Assembly (NCBI GenBank): GCA_951804945.1
Contig: OX638154.1
Coordinates: forward strand, 98,518,001 to 98,582,000
Source of the DNA: Podarcis cretensis
Taxonomy: Eukaryota
Direction: 5' to 3'
DNA length: 64,000 bases
Shown: in pieces, positions 24,740 to 36,099 of the stretch
How positions within the stretch are numbered: the first letter of the stretch is position 1
Layout of the letters: every line of letters begins with the position of its first letter
The notes under the pieces: generated by a model
Told to the model about the DNA's origin: nothing
Seen by the model: only the letters and a program-made list of their open reading frames with translations
Database searches by the model: none
Program-made: the position numbers and the translations under genes

Positions 24740-25983
24740 GGTGGATATTGTATAAATGATGTAAAGAATTAATAAATTGCACATGGTATCTAGATAGCAT
24801 TTAATGTCAATAGAAAATAAGGATAAAGAAGCTCCACAACAACTAATTCAGGAAACTGGCTTGACAGGGCAAGTTCAAGGGCAGATGAAGATGGAAGAGG
24901 TTGGGATTGCACCTTGAAAGATACAGATGGAGAAACCTAAAGTCTTGCATGACCAAAAGTTGCAGTATCGCAAGATTGAATATGATGTGCCTCTGGAAGT
25001 GTTTGGAGTTAAGGAAGCTTTTAGCTCTGGCGGGACTCCGGAACGGGTTGACAACTACTTCTGGAACAACAATTTCTTGGATTATAAAATTAACCTGGGG
25101 GAGTGGGACTCCGGGGAATGGGCTAGTCTGATGAAAGAAAATGGAGACTATTACCAGTTGGAGTTCCCCGGAAGCCCACCTCCCAAGGAGAAAGGGAAGA
25201 AACCACGAAAGAAACCAGCAAGGGATAGGGAAGGCTGTAAGATTAAACAGGAACAAGAAAATCTGCAGAGGGGGCATGGAAGTGACTTAAGAGCCTCGGA
25301 TATCAGAACACCAAATTGATGGACTGGACGTGAGACTGAAAGGACTGACATAACCCGAAACCAGGAAGAAGGGACGTTGGATAAAAAACTTGAGGAGAAT
25401 TTCTTTTTATTTTTGGAACTAGCTTGATATTAATGAAATAATTGGGAATTTGCTGGAAAGGAAATAATTGGCGTTAGTAGAAAGGTTTGAGGAAGTTAAG
25501 CATAAATATGGTTTAAATTTTGAAATTTTATGGGAAGAAATTTAAGGACTATTTGCAGAAACAGTGTAAAATTAATGGATATTAAAATGAAGTAGGAATG
25601 AAACAAAGTGATTTTTAAGAATAAGGTCAAAAAGGAATATGCAAAAAACGGCTTGATAATTAGATGAGAAATAGAATGATAAAATATGTTTTAAGATAAA
25701 GAACGAAGATAAAATAAGGAGGGGGAAATTTGCTGAATTAACTATTTGAATTGGAATACAAAGGAGGGAGGTGTGAGGAAGTCATGGAAATAAGTAAATG
25801 AATTATAGGACAGAGAAAGAGGGATTTTGTTTTTAATTTGTTCATATTTTTTGTTGTTTTTTTCTGTATTGTGTATCTGTTTTTGTTCCTTTTTTTGGAT
25901 TATGTAACTTCTTTTTTGTGTTCTTTTTTATCTTTTCTCTTTTTTCTTGGAAATCTCAATATTATTATTTTTTTTAAAAAAAA
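24740..25983 (+). mobile_element. Non-autonomous retroelement candidate (HAL1-like): unrecognised ORF plus L1-type 3' end
   Basis: Purine-rich ORF, an L1-like 3'UTR motif GGAGGTGTGAGGAAGTC, a GT/T-rich tract and a terminal A run. Confidence 0.55.
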
Positions 25984-26835
25984 GCTTACATAATGAAGGA
26001 GCACTGCTCGGAGACATAGTGAAGCTTCCTAGCAAAATAGTAACAATTCATTCTATGAGGCATCTTGAAAGAGCTCATAATGAGAAAAAAGAGCAGTCAG
26101 TAGGAGCTAGAGGAAATAAATTTAGAACATCCTGGGTATTCCATTTTGTTTGGATGACTACAGACTTATCCTATGGAGAATTTGGCCCATTAATTTAAGC
26201 AGGTTTCTACACAATTATAATCTTTAGGGGACAGCTCTAGCTAGAGTTGTGCTGACACTATTTTTCCTCAACCAGAATATCCTGCATCTTCCATTAAACA
26301 CAGGATACACAACACTAGATCCCAAACACTATCAACAAAATTTTCAAGACATTATTTAAAGTTATAGGGTTTCAATTTTTGGCTGGTCTGAGAAGTCGAA
26401 GCTTTATACTAATTGTTGCAATCATCAACACCATCATCTTGTGGTACCCTAAAACACATTTATTGCAGCAGAAGCTTTCGAGCATTAAAACCCCGTCAGA
26501 TACAATGATCATCTAAATAGGCAGGTATGGTAAATATTCTCCAGAGAAGAAACAGGTGGATCTGTTTGCCTACTGTTTTTTACAAGGAGAACCAATGATC
26601 AAACCTATTCAGGGATTTCTCTTTTTCCCCCTCTTATGTTTTTAAGCAGTTCTTTATTTTTAATCTGCAAACTGCCTTGAGTTCCTATCAGGTGTCTGCC
26701 TGCCTACTGAGATCAAGCAGGCGGCTTTACTGTACTCCCTTTGGCACCTGCTGCAAACACCTTTCTTTTAGACAAACCTACACAGATGCTTAAAAAAGTT
26801 GAGGCAAATCTTAATCCATTTTAGCATTTTGGAAA

Positions 26836-27036
26836 TACAGTGGAACCTCGGGTTGCAAACGTGATCTGTGTGGGAGGCATGTTCGCAACCTGCAGCGCTG
26901 CGTCTATGCATGCACGGGTTGCAATTTGGCGCTTCTACGAATGCGTCGAAACCCGTTCTGGTATTTCTGGGTCCAGCGCAGTGCACAACCCGAAAACACG
27001 TAACCTGAAGCGTCTGTAACCCGAGGTACCACTGTA
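26836..27036. mobile_element. Tc1/mariner-type MITE
   Basis: TA-CAGTGGAACCTCGGGTT...AACCCGAGGTACCACTG-TA. Confidence 0.88.
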
Positions 27037-27159
27037 GGCTTGTCAATTTTTCCTGTTTTATCTTTTGTAAACTGCTTTGAGAGCCCCCCCCCCGCCAAGA
27101 AATCAAGCTGTGTATAAATTTCAATGAAATAAATATTTAAAATAAAAAAAAAGAATAAT

Positions 27160-28265
27160 GATAATCGTATGGGATTACACTCCCTCCGAAGGAGCAGATA
27201 TGTAACTTGGGGGATACTTCTGGATTCTTTGATGTCACTTGAGGTTCAGGTGGCCTCAGTGGTACAGAGTGCCTTTCCTCAGCTTTGGCTGGTGGCCCAG
27301 CTGTGCTCCTATCTGGACAGGGATAGCTCTGGTAACCTCTAATTTAGATTACTTCAAAGTGAATGTGGCGGCCACTGGGACAAGACCACTTCAGCATAAA
27401 GGTAAAGGTAAAGGTACCCCTGCCCGTACGGGCCAGTCTTGCCAGACTCTGGGGTTGTGCGCCCATCTCACTTAAGAGGCCAGGGGCCAGCGCTGTCCGG
27501 AGACACTTCCGGGTCACGTGGCCAGCGTGACATCGCTGCTCTGGCCAGAGCCGCACACGGAAACGCCGTTTACCTTCCCGCTGGTAAGCGGTCCCTATTT
27601 ATCTACTTGCACCCGGAGGTGCTTTCGAACTGCTAGGTTGGCAGGTGCTGGGACCGAGCAGCGGGAGCGCACCCCGCCGCAGGGATTCGAACCGCCGACC
27701 TTTCGATCGGCAAGTCCTAGGCGCTGAGGCTTTAACCCACAGCGCCACCTGCGTCCCTCACTTCAGCATAGTTCTGTACATTGAACCTGGCCTATCTGCA
27801 CTGGCTGCCACTTAGTTTCAGGCCCAATTCAAAGTTCTGACTTTGATTTATAAAGTCTTAAAACAGCCCAGGACCACAAGACCTCAAGGACTGCCTCTCC
27901 CCATATAAAGCAGCCTGGACCCTGCCACCATCCCCTGAGGCCCTTCTTTGCATGCCTCCTCCATGACAGGTCCCTAGGCTGGCAAGATGGGAGCAGGCCT
28001 TTTCTGCAGGGGATTCTGCTGCTTGTGGGATGCTTCCTCCAAGGAGGCTCACCTGGCACCTTCCTTACATGTCTTTCGGTACCAGGCAAAAACATTTCTC
28101 TATAACCAGGCCTCTGAGTGATTAAAAAACCTTTGGCCTTTTAAACTGGGGGGGGGGGAGAACTGTTTTTGTTAAAACGGTATGTATTTTTGTGCTTTTA
28201 TGTAAACCTCCCTGTGATCTTTGGATGAAGCCATGAAGGGCAGTATAGAAATTTATTAAAGAAAT
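27160..28265 (+). mobile_element. L2-clade LINE 3' fragment hosting the SINE
   Basis: Remnants LGILLDS, ALVTSNLDY and LHWLPL...QFKVL.L.YK.L. Confidence 0.7.
27399..27758 (-). mobile_element. Sauria-type SINE nested in an L2 fragment
   Basis: TSD CACTTCAGCATA at 27387-27398 and 27759-27770. Near-identical to 2450-2814. Confidence 0.92.
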
Positions 28266-28440
28266 AAATATAATTCGTAAGAATCACACGCCGCTGATTG
28301 GTAAGAAAAACCCAAACACAGTTTACAAAAAGGTAAAACTGAGAGCAAATTCACAAGCCTACTTTTAAACCTACAGAAGTTTAAGATGCTAAAAAAGGGA
28401 TCAATATTCACCTAAGCATCTTGGTGGCTCTTGTCTAAGA

Positions 28441-28576
28441 CAGTGTTTCCCAACCTTGTGCCTCTAGCTGTTTTTGAACTACAACTCCCATCATCCCTGA
28501 CTAGCAAGACCAGTGGCAAGGGATGATGGGAATTGTAGTCCAAAAACAGCTGGAGGCACAAGGTTGGGAAACACTG
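28441..28576. mobile_element. Palindromic hAT MITE at the edge of the CpG island
   Basis: Near-perfect 136-bp palindrome, TSD GTCTAAGA / GTCTAAGC. Confidence 0.88.
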
Positions 28577-28784
28577 GTCTAAGCAATACTGTTTTTAGCA
28601 GACGCCAAGAGCAGCGCCGCGCCGGCTCCCCCTTTGCCTCCAGAGGCAGCGAGGGCCAGAGAGCGGGCGCCGCCACACGAAGCCCCCCGCTCTCTTCCCG
28701 GCGCGGCAAGGGGGCCTTAAGGTGCGGCCCCGCCCTCAGCAGGAGCCCCGACGCCGCCGCCGCCCCCCCGAGGGCGCCACGGAC

Positions 28785-28929
28785 CTGCAGCGCCGGGTGC
28801 GCGGAGCGTCGGAGTGCCGCCGGAGACGCGCCTGGCGCCGCCCTGGGCCGCCCCGCCCGGGAAGAGCAGCGAGAGCGGGGCGCGGAGCGGGACCGGCAGC
28901 CCGCGCACGGTCCTCCAGAACGCCGGCAT
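28785..28929 (-). CDS. DARS2: Mitochondrial aspartyl-tRNA synthetase, coding exon 1 (transit peptide MPAFWRTVRGLPVPLRAPLSLLF...)
   Basis: ATG at 28929 in the CpG island. The peptide is Arg/Leu/Ala-rich and acid-free. The donor GCAG|GTCCGT gives 145 nt (phase 1), which matches exon 2. The donor is weak, so the boundary is less certain. Confidence 0.75.
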
Positions 28930-29309
28930 CCCTCCTCGCCTTCGCCTCACGCCACGGCCAGGCCCGGCCCCCCCCCCACCCGCTCGTGGTCACGTGAACC
29001 GACCCCTCGCGGCCATTGGCGCAGCTAACAACCGCCATCCTTACTTCGGGCAAGGAGCTTCGGACCGCCTCCCTCAGCAGAGCCTTTTCCAGGCCCGAGG
29101 TGACGTCGCGCGCGGGGCAGGCGGGGCCTGCTAGGAGAAGCCAATCAGCGAGTGTCCCGAGCGGGCGCCGAACTGGCTGCCGGAAGGAGGCATTTTAAAA
29201 TATATTTTTAAATCGCCCGCCCCCTTGAGGGGAGCCGTTGATTGGTTGGTTGGTTCGCTCCGTTATTTGGGAGCGGGCGGGCGGAGAAGAGGGAGGTCTC
29301 GGCCCGGCG

Positions 29310-29330
29310 ATGGCGAGGCTTCAGCGACAG
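29310..29330 (+). CDS. CENPL: CENPL putative first coding exon (MARLQRQ)
   Basis: Strong Kozak gcgATGG, then CAG|GTAAAG donor in phase 0, in frame with the next exon, which has no early ATG. Confidence 0.6.
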
Positions 29331-30425
29331 GTAAAGCCCTGGCCTTTCGAGCTGCTGCCTTTGTTACCTTGGCAAGAGGCGGCTTCCCTGAGGCGGGCAA
29401 TTGCCGTCCACCTCTTGGCGCTCTTCCTTGAAACTTAAATGCTAGTTTTCTCTCTGCAGGGATCTTGTTTTGGGGTCTCTTGTTTTTCGGTTTTTTAACC
29501 GAGTTATGCAAATCCCTGCCCGGTGCCGTCGAGTGTTTTGTTTTAATTAATTATCCGACCGAGTCTTGCTCACGTGTAAAACCCATTGAAATCAAGGGGC
29601 CTTAATTCATATTATTGCCCTCTCTATAATAACCCCCTGCTGCTTTATGGTGGTGGTGTGATGGGCTTTCCTGTTGTAAAACCCACCTGTGAACTTAGAA
29701 TGAAAGGTGGCATATAAATTTAATAAAAATCAAATCAAATAAGGAAGTCAGTTTGGTAGGTCTGCTCTGAGCGAAACTCACCCACAATATCTAAAAACAG
29801 TTCTGCAATAGACATGGAGATGTGTACAGGCACCCAGACTTGACTTACACTTCTGACTGAAATGCTGTGTGAAAATATAAGATTATGTTACACTGATGCC
29901 CAAAGTTTATTGGTGAGGGAGATGGCCATGCTGCCAAAGAGAAGGGATTTCGCCAATCAATTGGGTGCCACCACAGGGAAGGCCCTGACATGATGGGGCT
30001 GCAGCTGTTGGCAGAACCACAAGACAAGCCTCCTGTGAAGAACTCAGATTCCAAAGGCTGGCAGATGTGAGGGGGGGGGGGATGACAAAATGCTGAGTTA
30101 AACAAAACTGTTTAAAGCACACTAGGAAGGTAGCCAGTTCTGTGCTGTAGAGAGAAGGTATAGCTTGTGGTGCTGTTTTTATTTTGTTCTCTTTAAAATC
30201 TGTATCTATAATGAGAGAAATAGATTGTCCCCAGATTTCTTTGCAACCTATTATTCTAGTATTCGACAGGGTTTCTTAGTGCCCACTTCCACCCCCAAAT
30301 ATCTTGGCTTGCCTTCATGCGAGTCCTTGTCATGCTGAGTAAATGATCACCTGCATTTTCTTTACTTTGTATAAAATAGTTTTTAACTTTTGTTCCTTTT
30401 TGCCTATTGATTGGTAAACTATCAG

Positions 30426-30608
30426 CATGTGGAAGATACGAGGGTTTGTGACTACAGGACACTTTCTGTTTTTGGAGAAAAAACTGTAGATCATGATGTG
30501 AACATCATTAACACTGCACATCTTTCAAGACATGTTGTATCCCTCAGACGAAACCTGTTTAGTCAGACCCCAGCTATGAGAATGATTCAACAAACTCTTC
30601 ACTTGCAG
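30426..30608 (+). CDS. CENPL: CENPL exon (HVEDTR...FSQTPAMRMIQQTLHLQ)
   Basis: ATCAG acceptor and CAG|GTAATC donor. The 3' part resembles the CENP-L N-terminal TP.R....LQ segment. The acceptor is less certain than the donor. Confidence 0.75.
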
Positions 30609-30782
30609 GTAATCCTTTGGTGAGCTTGGTATAGCTGGCAAAATATTGCAAAATGAAGTAGCTTTTTATTTGGTGCAAAGGGAAAAAAAACCTCTGGTAA
30701 CTAATAGTTAATCTTTCAGAAATAGTTCTAGGACAACTTGGAAAGGAAATTACAGTAATATTGTCCTGCCTAGAATATATCA

Positions 30783-30847
<65 letters not shown>
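30783..30847. repeat. Compound microsatellite (TC)n(TG)n(AG)n
   Basis: Directly visible. Confidence 0.95.
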
Positions 30848-31305
30848 ACAACTTACTACAAGTGTCTTAAAACTTTGATTCTATCTCCTGAAAAGTTAAT
30901 GTTGGCCAAGGGATTGACATATTTTTACCATCTGAACTTCTTTTAATAAGACCTAAATTTATATGGTAAATTATATTTTTCCTTCTTGCATTAGTCCACT
31001 ACTTATTGTACAGGGCACTTTCATCTGTTCTAGATTATATATTCTAGCCATAAAAGGTAGCAGAGGGGGAATAGGTTGAAGAGGACCTGAACCTCTAAAT
31101 GGTGTTATTGGGAAAGCTTTAGAGTGGTGATGTAGGGGGGGTGTTGTGGTAGCTATTAAATTAGTTGCAGACTGTCCTGAGAATTGGATGAACCACATCC
31201 AAAAAGTTGCTCATAGTGATATTTGCTGTGTTTTTGTTGGAAAGTGTAGAGTATGGACACCACTTGCCTGCACCTAGGAAGCTAAAACTGTTCTTCACAT
31301 TCCAG

Positions 31306-31551
31306 GGAAATGCTGATCCTCAAATAAGCTTGCTTCTGTGTAAGCAGTGGACTTTATACGCTGTCACTCCTCTGTACAAATTCTCTTATGGACAGCTGAA
31401 AGAATATTCTAGACAGTTGAGTCGCTTTATTGCATCTGAAAGTCAAAGGAGACCTGTGGAAATTGAATATGAACTTCAATTTAAAGTGACGTTCTCTTCA
31501 TTCTCAGCTTTGAAAATCACAGAACAGGAACCAAATGCAGTTCTCATTCAA
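31306..31551 (+). CDS. CENPL: CENPL exon (GNADPQISLLLCKQWTLYAVTPLYKFSY...LIQ)
   Basis: 246 nt, carries the KQWTLY..TPLYKFSY signature. Confidence 0.93.
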
Positions 31552-32267
31552 GTAGGTACTATAGTCCCAATATTTTAATATCTATGGGTTTGTCTTAACA
31601 ATATTGAAGAATACTATTGTATTGGGTCTAGAAAATACACTAGTTCATCTCAGTATGCCACCACTGTTATCTTAGTGTTATTAAATGAATTTGATTTGGT
31701 TTGGATGCTAGGGAATCATGGTTACAGTTGGTGGTGAGTCAATCACTGGATGCTTTGCACCCAGCCTTGATTGCGCTGTTTCTCTTGAAAAGTGGTTCTG
31801 AAAAAATGCAGCAGAGCAATTCTTAAAAGTAGGCAGCCTGCAGGCACAGAAAGCCTCTGGCTGCACTTCATGTGACCATAGGGTCTCAGACCCATGAATC
31901 CCAAACTGATCACGCAAGAGACGCTGCGCCATGCAGAGCCTGGCACTTTGAAACTGTGGGTCCAGCTGGATCTGCACTTTCAAAAAGGCTTCCTTGTCCA
32001 GGCAAGGAATTAAGTCTTGCTTGCTTCAGTGGGTTTTCCATGAAAACATGCATAGTTGTCCATGGCTGTGAATAGAGTACTATCAAAGTGATAGGTGCAC
32101 ATTTGTTGAAGAACTGTTGAGAGATTAAGTGCTGTCAGTATATTTCCCCTAGTTTTTCCTCACCATAACAAATGAATTGTAGGAGTTGGTTTCCAAAATT
32201 GTGTTGACTCAAGCCATTTCGTAGTTGCAATATGTGCATAATTGGTGTATTTATGTATTTCCCATAG

Positions 32268-32810
32268 ATCACGAAGAGGCCTCAGGTGGCAGCTAAAAAT
32301 GCAGAAGAGAAAGTGGTGTGGATGGGCTGGTTTACTTGTACTGGTGGAAATGACCTTTTTGAGATTGTTGATGAGGAGTTTACCTTTTTGCCCTTGTTCC
32401 TTGTGAATGGGGCAAAGGCTCTCACGGTCCTTGTAGAAACTTGGCTTCAACAGACCTTTGACTGTTGTCTGAGCCCCTTGCACATCACCCCTATCAGTCT
32501 TTCCTGGATGGCTGCAATGTGGACTGGGTGCCCTATGGACAATCCTACAGTTCCAACAGAGCTGACTTTCTCTACACTTGGCACAGCTTACCCTCTGGAT
32601 ATTTCCTATTCTATCCATCCTGAAGATGCAAAAGCCCTTTGGGATTCAATCCACAGGACTCCAGGAGAAGTCAGGCAAGAAGAAGTGGAATTATTCATGG
32701 CGTGTCTTTACAACCACTTCCATAGACACTTCAAGATCTACCTGTCAGGCACAATACTGGTACAAGTCTCCACATCAGTAGGTTCTGCCCAATCTGTTGG
32801 GAAAATAAAG
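32268..32810 (+). CDS. CENPL: CENPL large exon (ITKRPQ...LSWMAAMWT...IHPEDAKALWDS...HFHRHFKI...GKIK)
   Basis: 543 nt, AG/GT bounded, diagnostic CENP-L motifs. Confidence 0.96.
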
Positions 32811-34089
32811 GTATGGTGCCTAGCTCATTTGCCACTAGCAACTAGTTAAAAGAACTGTCACTTTTGGCCAGTATTAGAAACTTAAAGATTTATAAGTTAG
32901 GGGACAAATGGCTCCTTAAACCAAGGCTACAGTTGCCAAAATGGAATGTCTAGTTGCCAGTTTGGGGCAAGATGGCTCTGCAGTCTAATTTTCAAATGAT
33001 GGACTGACTGTGATTGATTTTCAGTTAAGCATCAGGCTCGTTCAGATGACAACCTTGAGCTAGGCTAAGAGCTTTGAGTACTTAAAGAAGAAAAGTTACT
33101 TGCTCCAGGGGCAGCCCATGTATATATTGGCCTATTCTGACCTCTGTTTCTTAATGCTGACTGCTACTCAGGCTGTACAGAAAAAGCATTTTGGTTTCAG
33201 AAATTCATTCTGATTGTGCAGATAAAATATAACTGATAGAATTCTACAGGATGGAGTATTAGTGTGTGAAAACAGTCCAGATCCAATGATCCTCAGGCCT
33301 GCATCTCCAGATGGTGGAGATGTCAGGCACCATCCTGGAGCCCAGGCAACTTCACTTGGTCGCAAGTGGTCAAAAGCCAGGTGCAAAATGCCTGGCTAAT
33401 TTTGAATACTGCTCTTGGCAGGTGATTGATCTCACCCAAAATTGATACTAGCCTGGTAGTGACAAATTATAAATAGATGAGTGTCCTAAAGGAATATTTG
33501 AGGCATACATTTTGCAATGTAGACTTCAAACACTTTGCAGCTGATTTTACCAGCTGGCCATTTATACTTTAGGAAGAATCTTGGTGGCAGGTCTAGCAAA
33601 CACACTACTCCCTTTCTGTATTGGAAGTGAGCATTCAAGAGAAGTAGAAACCCTACAACTACTTTGTGCCTCGGCCCCTTTCTACCTATTCCCTAGCTAT
33701 AGGGGGTGGAGATACTATTTTTTTCTGCATTCCTTTATGCAATGGCTCAATTACAAGGTGGGAGAAATATTGGCACATGAATAGAATGGTTTCTTGCATC
33801 TGTCCCTTCTTACCTTTCCCAGTTCTTTGCCATCCATCTTTCTCTAAGTAGGGAAAGGCTTGGAAGGGTGGCAGGGCTGGGGAGCATATTGAATAATACT
33901 TTGGGCACTAAGAATGAAGTGTGTGCATCGAAGACTGGGTTGCAGGGTAGGGGGAATATTGAGCCACAGGCAACCAGTAGCTGATTCCTATTATAAAGTG
34001 TGTTGCCTCAGTTTCTCCAAATAATGGGCTGGGGTATTGTTCTTAGTGGAGTCACAGTTTTTAATTTGTGTTGGTTTGTTTTCATTGAG

Positions 34090-34870
34090 GGAGGGGAGAT
34101 ATGTCTGGGAGGAGAGGAACTGAGCAGGGGGACCCCAACTGCAGTGGTTCATGGTAGGGGTGGTATGATGTGGGAGGTGCCATGTGCCAGCCCCTCCTCC
34201 AACATAGGGAATTGGGGTTATCCTATCAGCCAGCCCTCAGGTTTGCAGCTGCTGCTGCTGCTAAATGCCAGGTTGAATCTGAGTAAGGCCTCCCTCATAT
34301 ACAATCTGATTTATAGATGAGGAGGTTGATCTGGTCTGTATCACTAAGATTGGGTGGTTAAGGAGGGTGGAGGGTGGTACTGTGCCCAAGTGGGTACTCT
34401 GTGCAGCATCAAGGACAAGCTTGAGGGTTGGGGAGAGAGGGAGTTGCTGTGGTCTGTAGAGATTCCATCTCTCCAGGCTCTGTCCAGTTAGCGGGGGGAA
34501 TCCAGAGGGTTTGTTCCTGATGTTGGGCAATCAGGACAGATTAGGGATTCTGCTGGTTTCCACCGGCCTCCCTGCCCAACAGTCTCCTTGCCTGAGCAGA
34601 TGGCTGGTCTCAGAGTAAGTGTTGAGGACTCCCAGAATGCTAGTTCTGGGGTCTTCAACATCCATGCCAAGGCAACTGGCTTTGGGGTGGCTTAGGACTT
34701 CATCATGGCTGCCATAATGACCATGGGGTTGTCACAGCATGTCACTAGCCCAACACATGTGGCAGGCCACATTCTGAACCTTGTTTTATCAACTGGGCAG
34801 GAGGAGGGTGATATGAAAGTAGGGAGTATTGACATCAGTCCCTTGGCATGGTCATATCACTTCCTGCTGA
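34090..34870 (+). mobile_element. LINE (L2/CR1 group) endonuclease-domain remnant
   Basis: LLLLNAR...LI.DEEVDLVCIT, FNIH and LSQHVTSPTHVAGHILNLV...SYHFL motifs, with stops. Confidence 0.7.
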
Positions 34871-35727
34871 GATCAGGCCTGGGTTATATAGTGATATTTC
34901 ATTGAAAACCGGTTTGAAATCCACACTGTGATAACCGGTTCAAAATATCTGCCCTGATGATAAACCGCATGAAGCCAACTTTTGTATGTTGCTCTGCCGG
35001 CTCAGCTCTTCCCTGCCTCCTGCTGGGGGCAGCAAACCACAGAGCAGGCACTATGGTTTTCAACTTCACAATAGATCACCAGCTAAACAATGCAATATGT
35101 TGATATATCATGATGTTTGAAATGAGGATAGAGCTATGTAGAGGCATTGGCTGACTTCAGCGTTTTCCCTACATCATGATTTTTGCCGGTGTCTGCTCTT
35201 GTGATTTGCTGCACCCTTGAGTGGTCCAAGGGGCAGCCAAGGGAAGCAGTTAGGAAAGCCTTATTCTCTGCATGAAATTCTATTCTATTTGGGAAGACTA
35301 GTACACAAGCTTTAGTAATCCAGTGAAACACAGCAATCACATAGATACCAAATGATTTTAGATCTGATGTGAATTGGCATCTTAATGATATTCTAAAATG
35401 CTGCTTTGAAAACTATTGTGCTTATACTTCTGAAAAAGGAAATGAAGGCTTTCCATTGTTCCCCTATATTCAAGTGGTTTCAATTTCAAGCCATGGATCT
35501 CTTCTTCTCTATCAACTTTCCTCTTCACCCCTTTCATACCTTTCCAGGAATGTAAAACAGGAAAGTTTGGCTTTTCAGATTGACTTCAGACAATGTGATT
35601 AAACAAAACTGGTTTATATGGGCTGTTGACATTTGTTAGCTTAAATACTTCATTGAATAAACTGTATTTTATCCTGTTTTGATCCTGCTGCAACTTTTTT
35701 AAACATTCTCCAATTTCTTTCTTGCAG

Positions 35728-35796
35728 ATTTTTCATGCTCAACATCTGATATCATCAATGGCATTCCTAACAGAACTGGCAGTTTTAAAAATGTGA
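35728..35796 (+). CDS. CENPL: CENPL last coding exon (IFHAQHLISSMAFLTELAVLKM*)
   Basis: Strong polypyrimidine tract and CAG acceptor, LTELA motif, TGA at 35794. AATAAA at 35996-36001. Confidence 0.9.
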   Translation: MFHAQHLISSMAFLTELAVLKM

Positions 35797-36099
35797 TTTA
35801 AGTGTTGTACCATCTATGCTTTTGCTATAGAAAGTATATCCAGTACAAAGATGACTTTTGAGTGTGAGAGAGTCTTATTCTTATTAATCTGCTCAGATGT
35901 GGTTTGTACAGAGTATTTTACCTTTCTGGTCAAACCTAAAAAGTCTTACACCTTCCTGAAAATATGGAACATTAAACTATATAAACCCTACAAATAATAA
36001 ATATGTTATTATATTTGACTAGTGATTTATGCGAGTATGGTACTAAGTGATTATGCTGCTCTCTTTGATCACAGTACCTCTTGTGAACTGGATTGTTTC

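Larger units (their letters stand above)
28600..29560. promoter_or_regulatory. CpG island / bidirectional promoter shared by DARS2 and CENPL
   Basis: Very GC- and CpG-rich, with divergent start codons at 28929 (-) and 29310 (+). Motifs seen: E-box GGTCACGTGA ~28988, CRE-like TGACGTC ~29101, CCAAT/ATTGG at ~29015, ~29141 and ~29241, ETS CCGGAAG ~29180, TTTAAA ~29194 and ~29207. Confidence 0.85.

Noticed and set aside
24915-24917. In-frame TGA as selenocysteine or programmed read-through
   Set aside because: No SECIS is evident, and a nonsense mutation in a decaying repeat is the simpler explanation.
28491-29511. Many overlapping ORFs in the CpG island
   Set aside because: Stop-poor GC-rich DNA. 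Only DARS2 exon 1 and the short CENPL start have splice and phase support.
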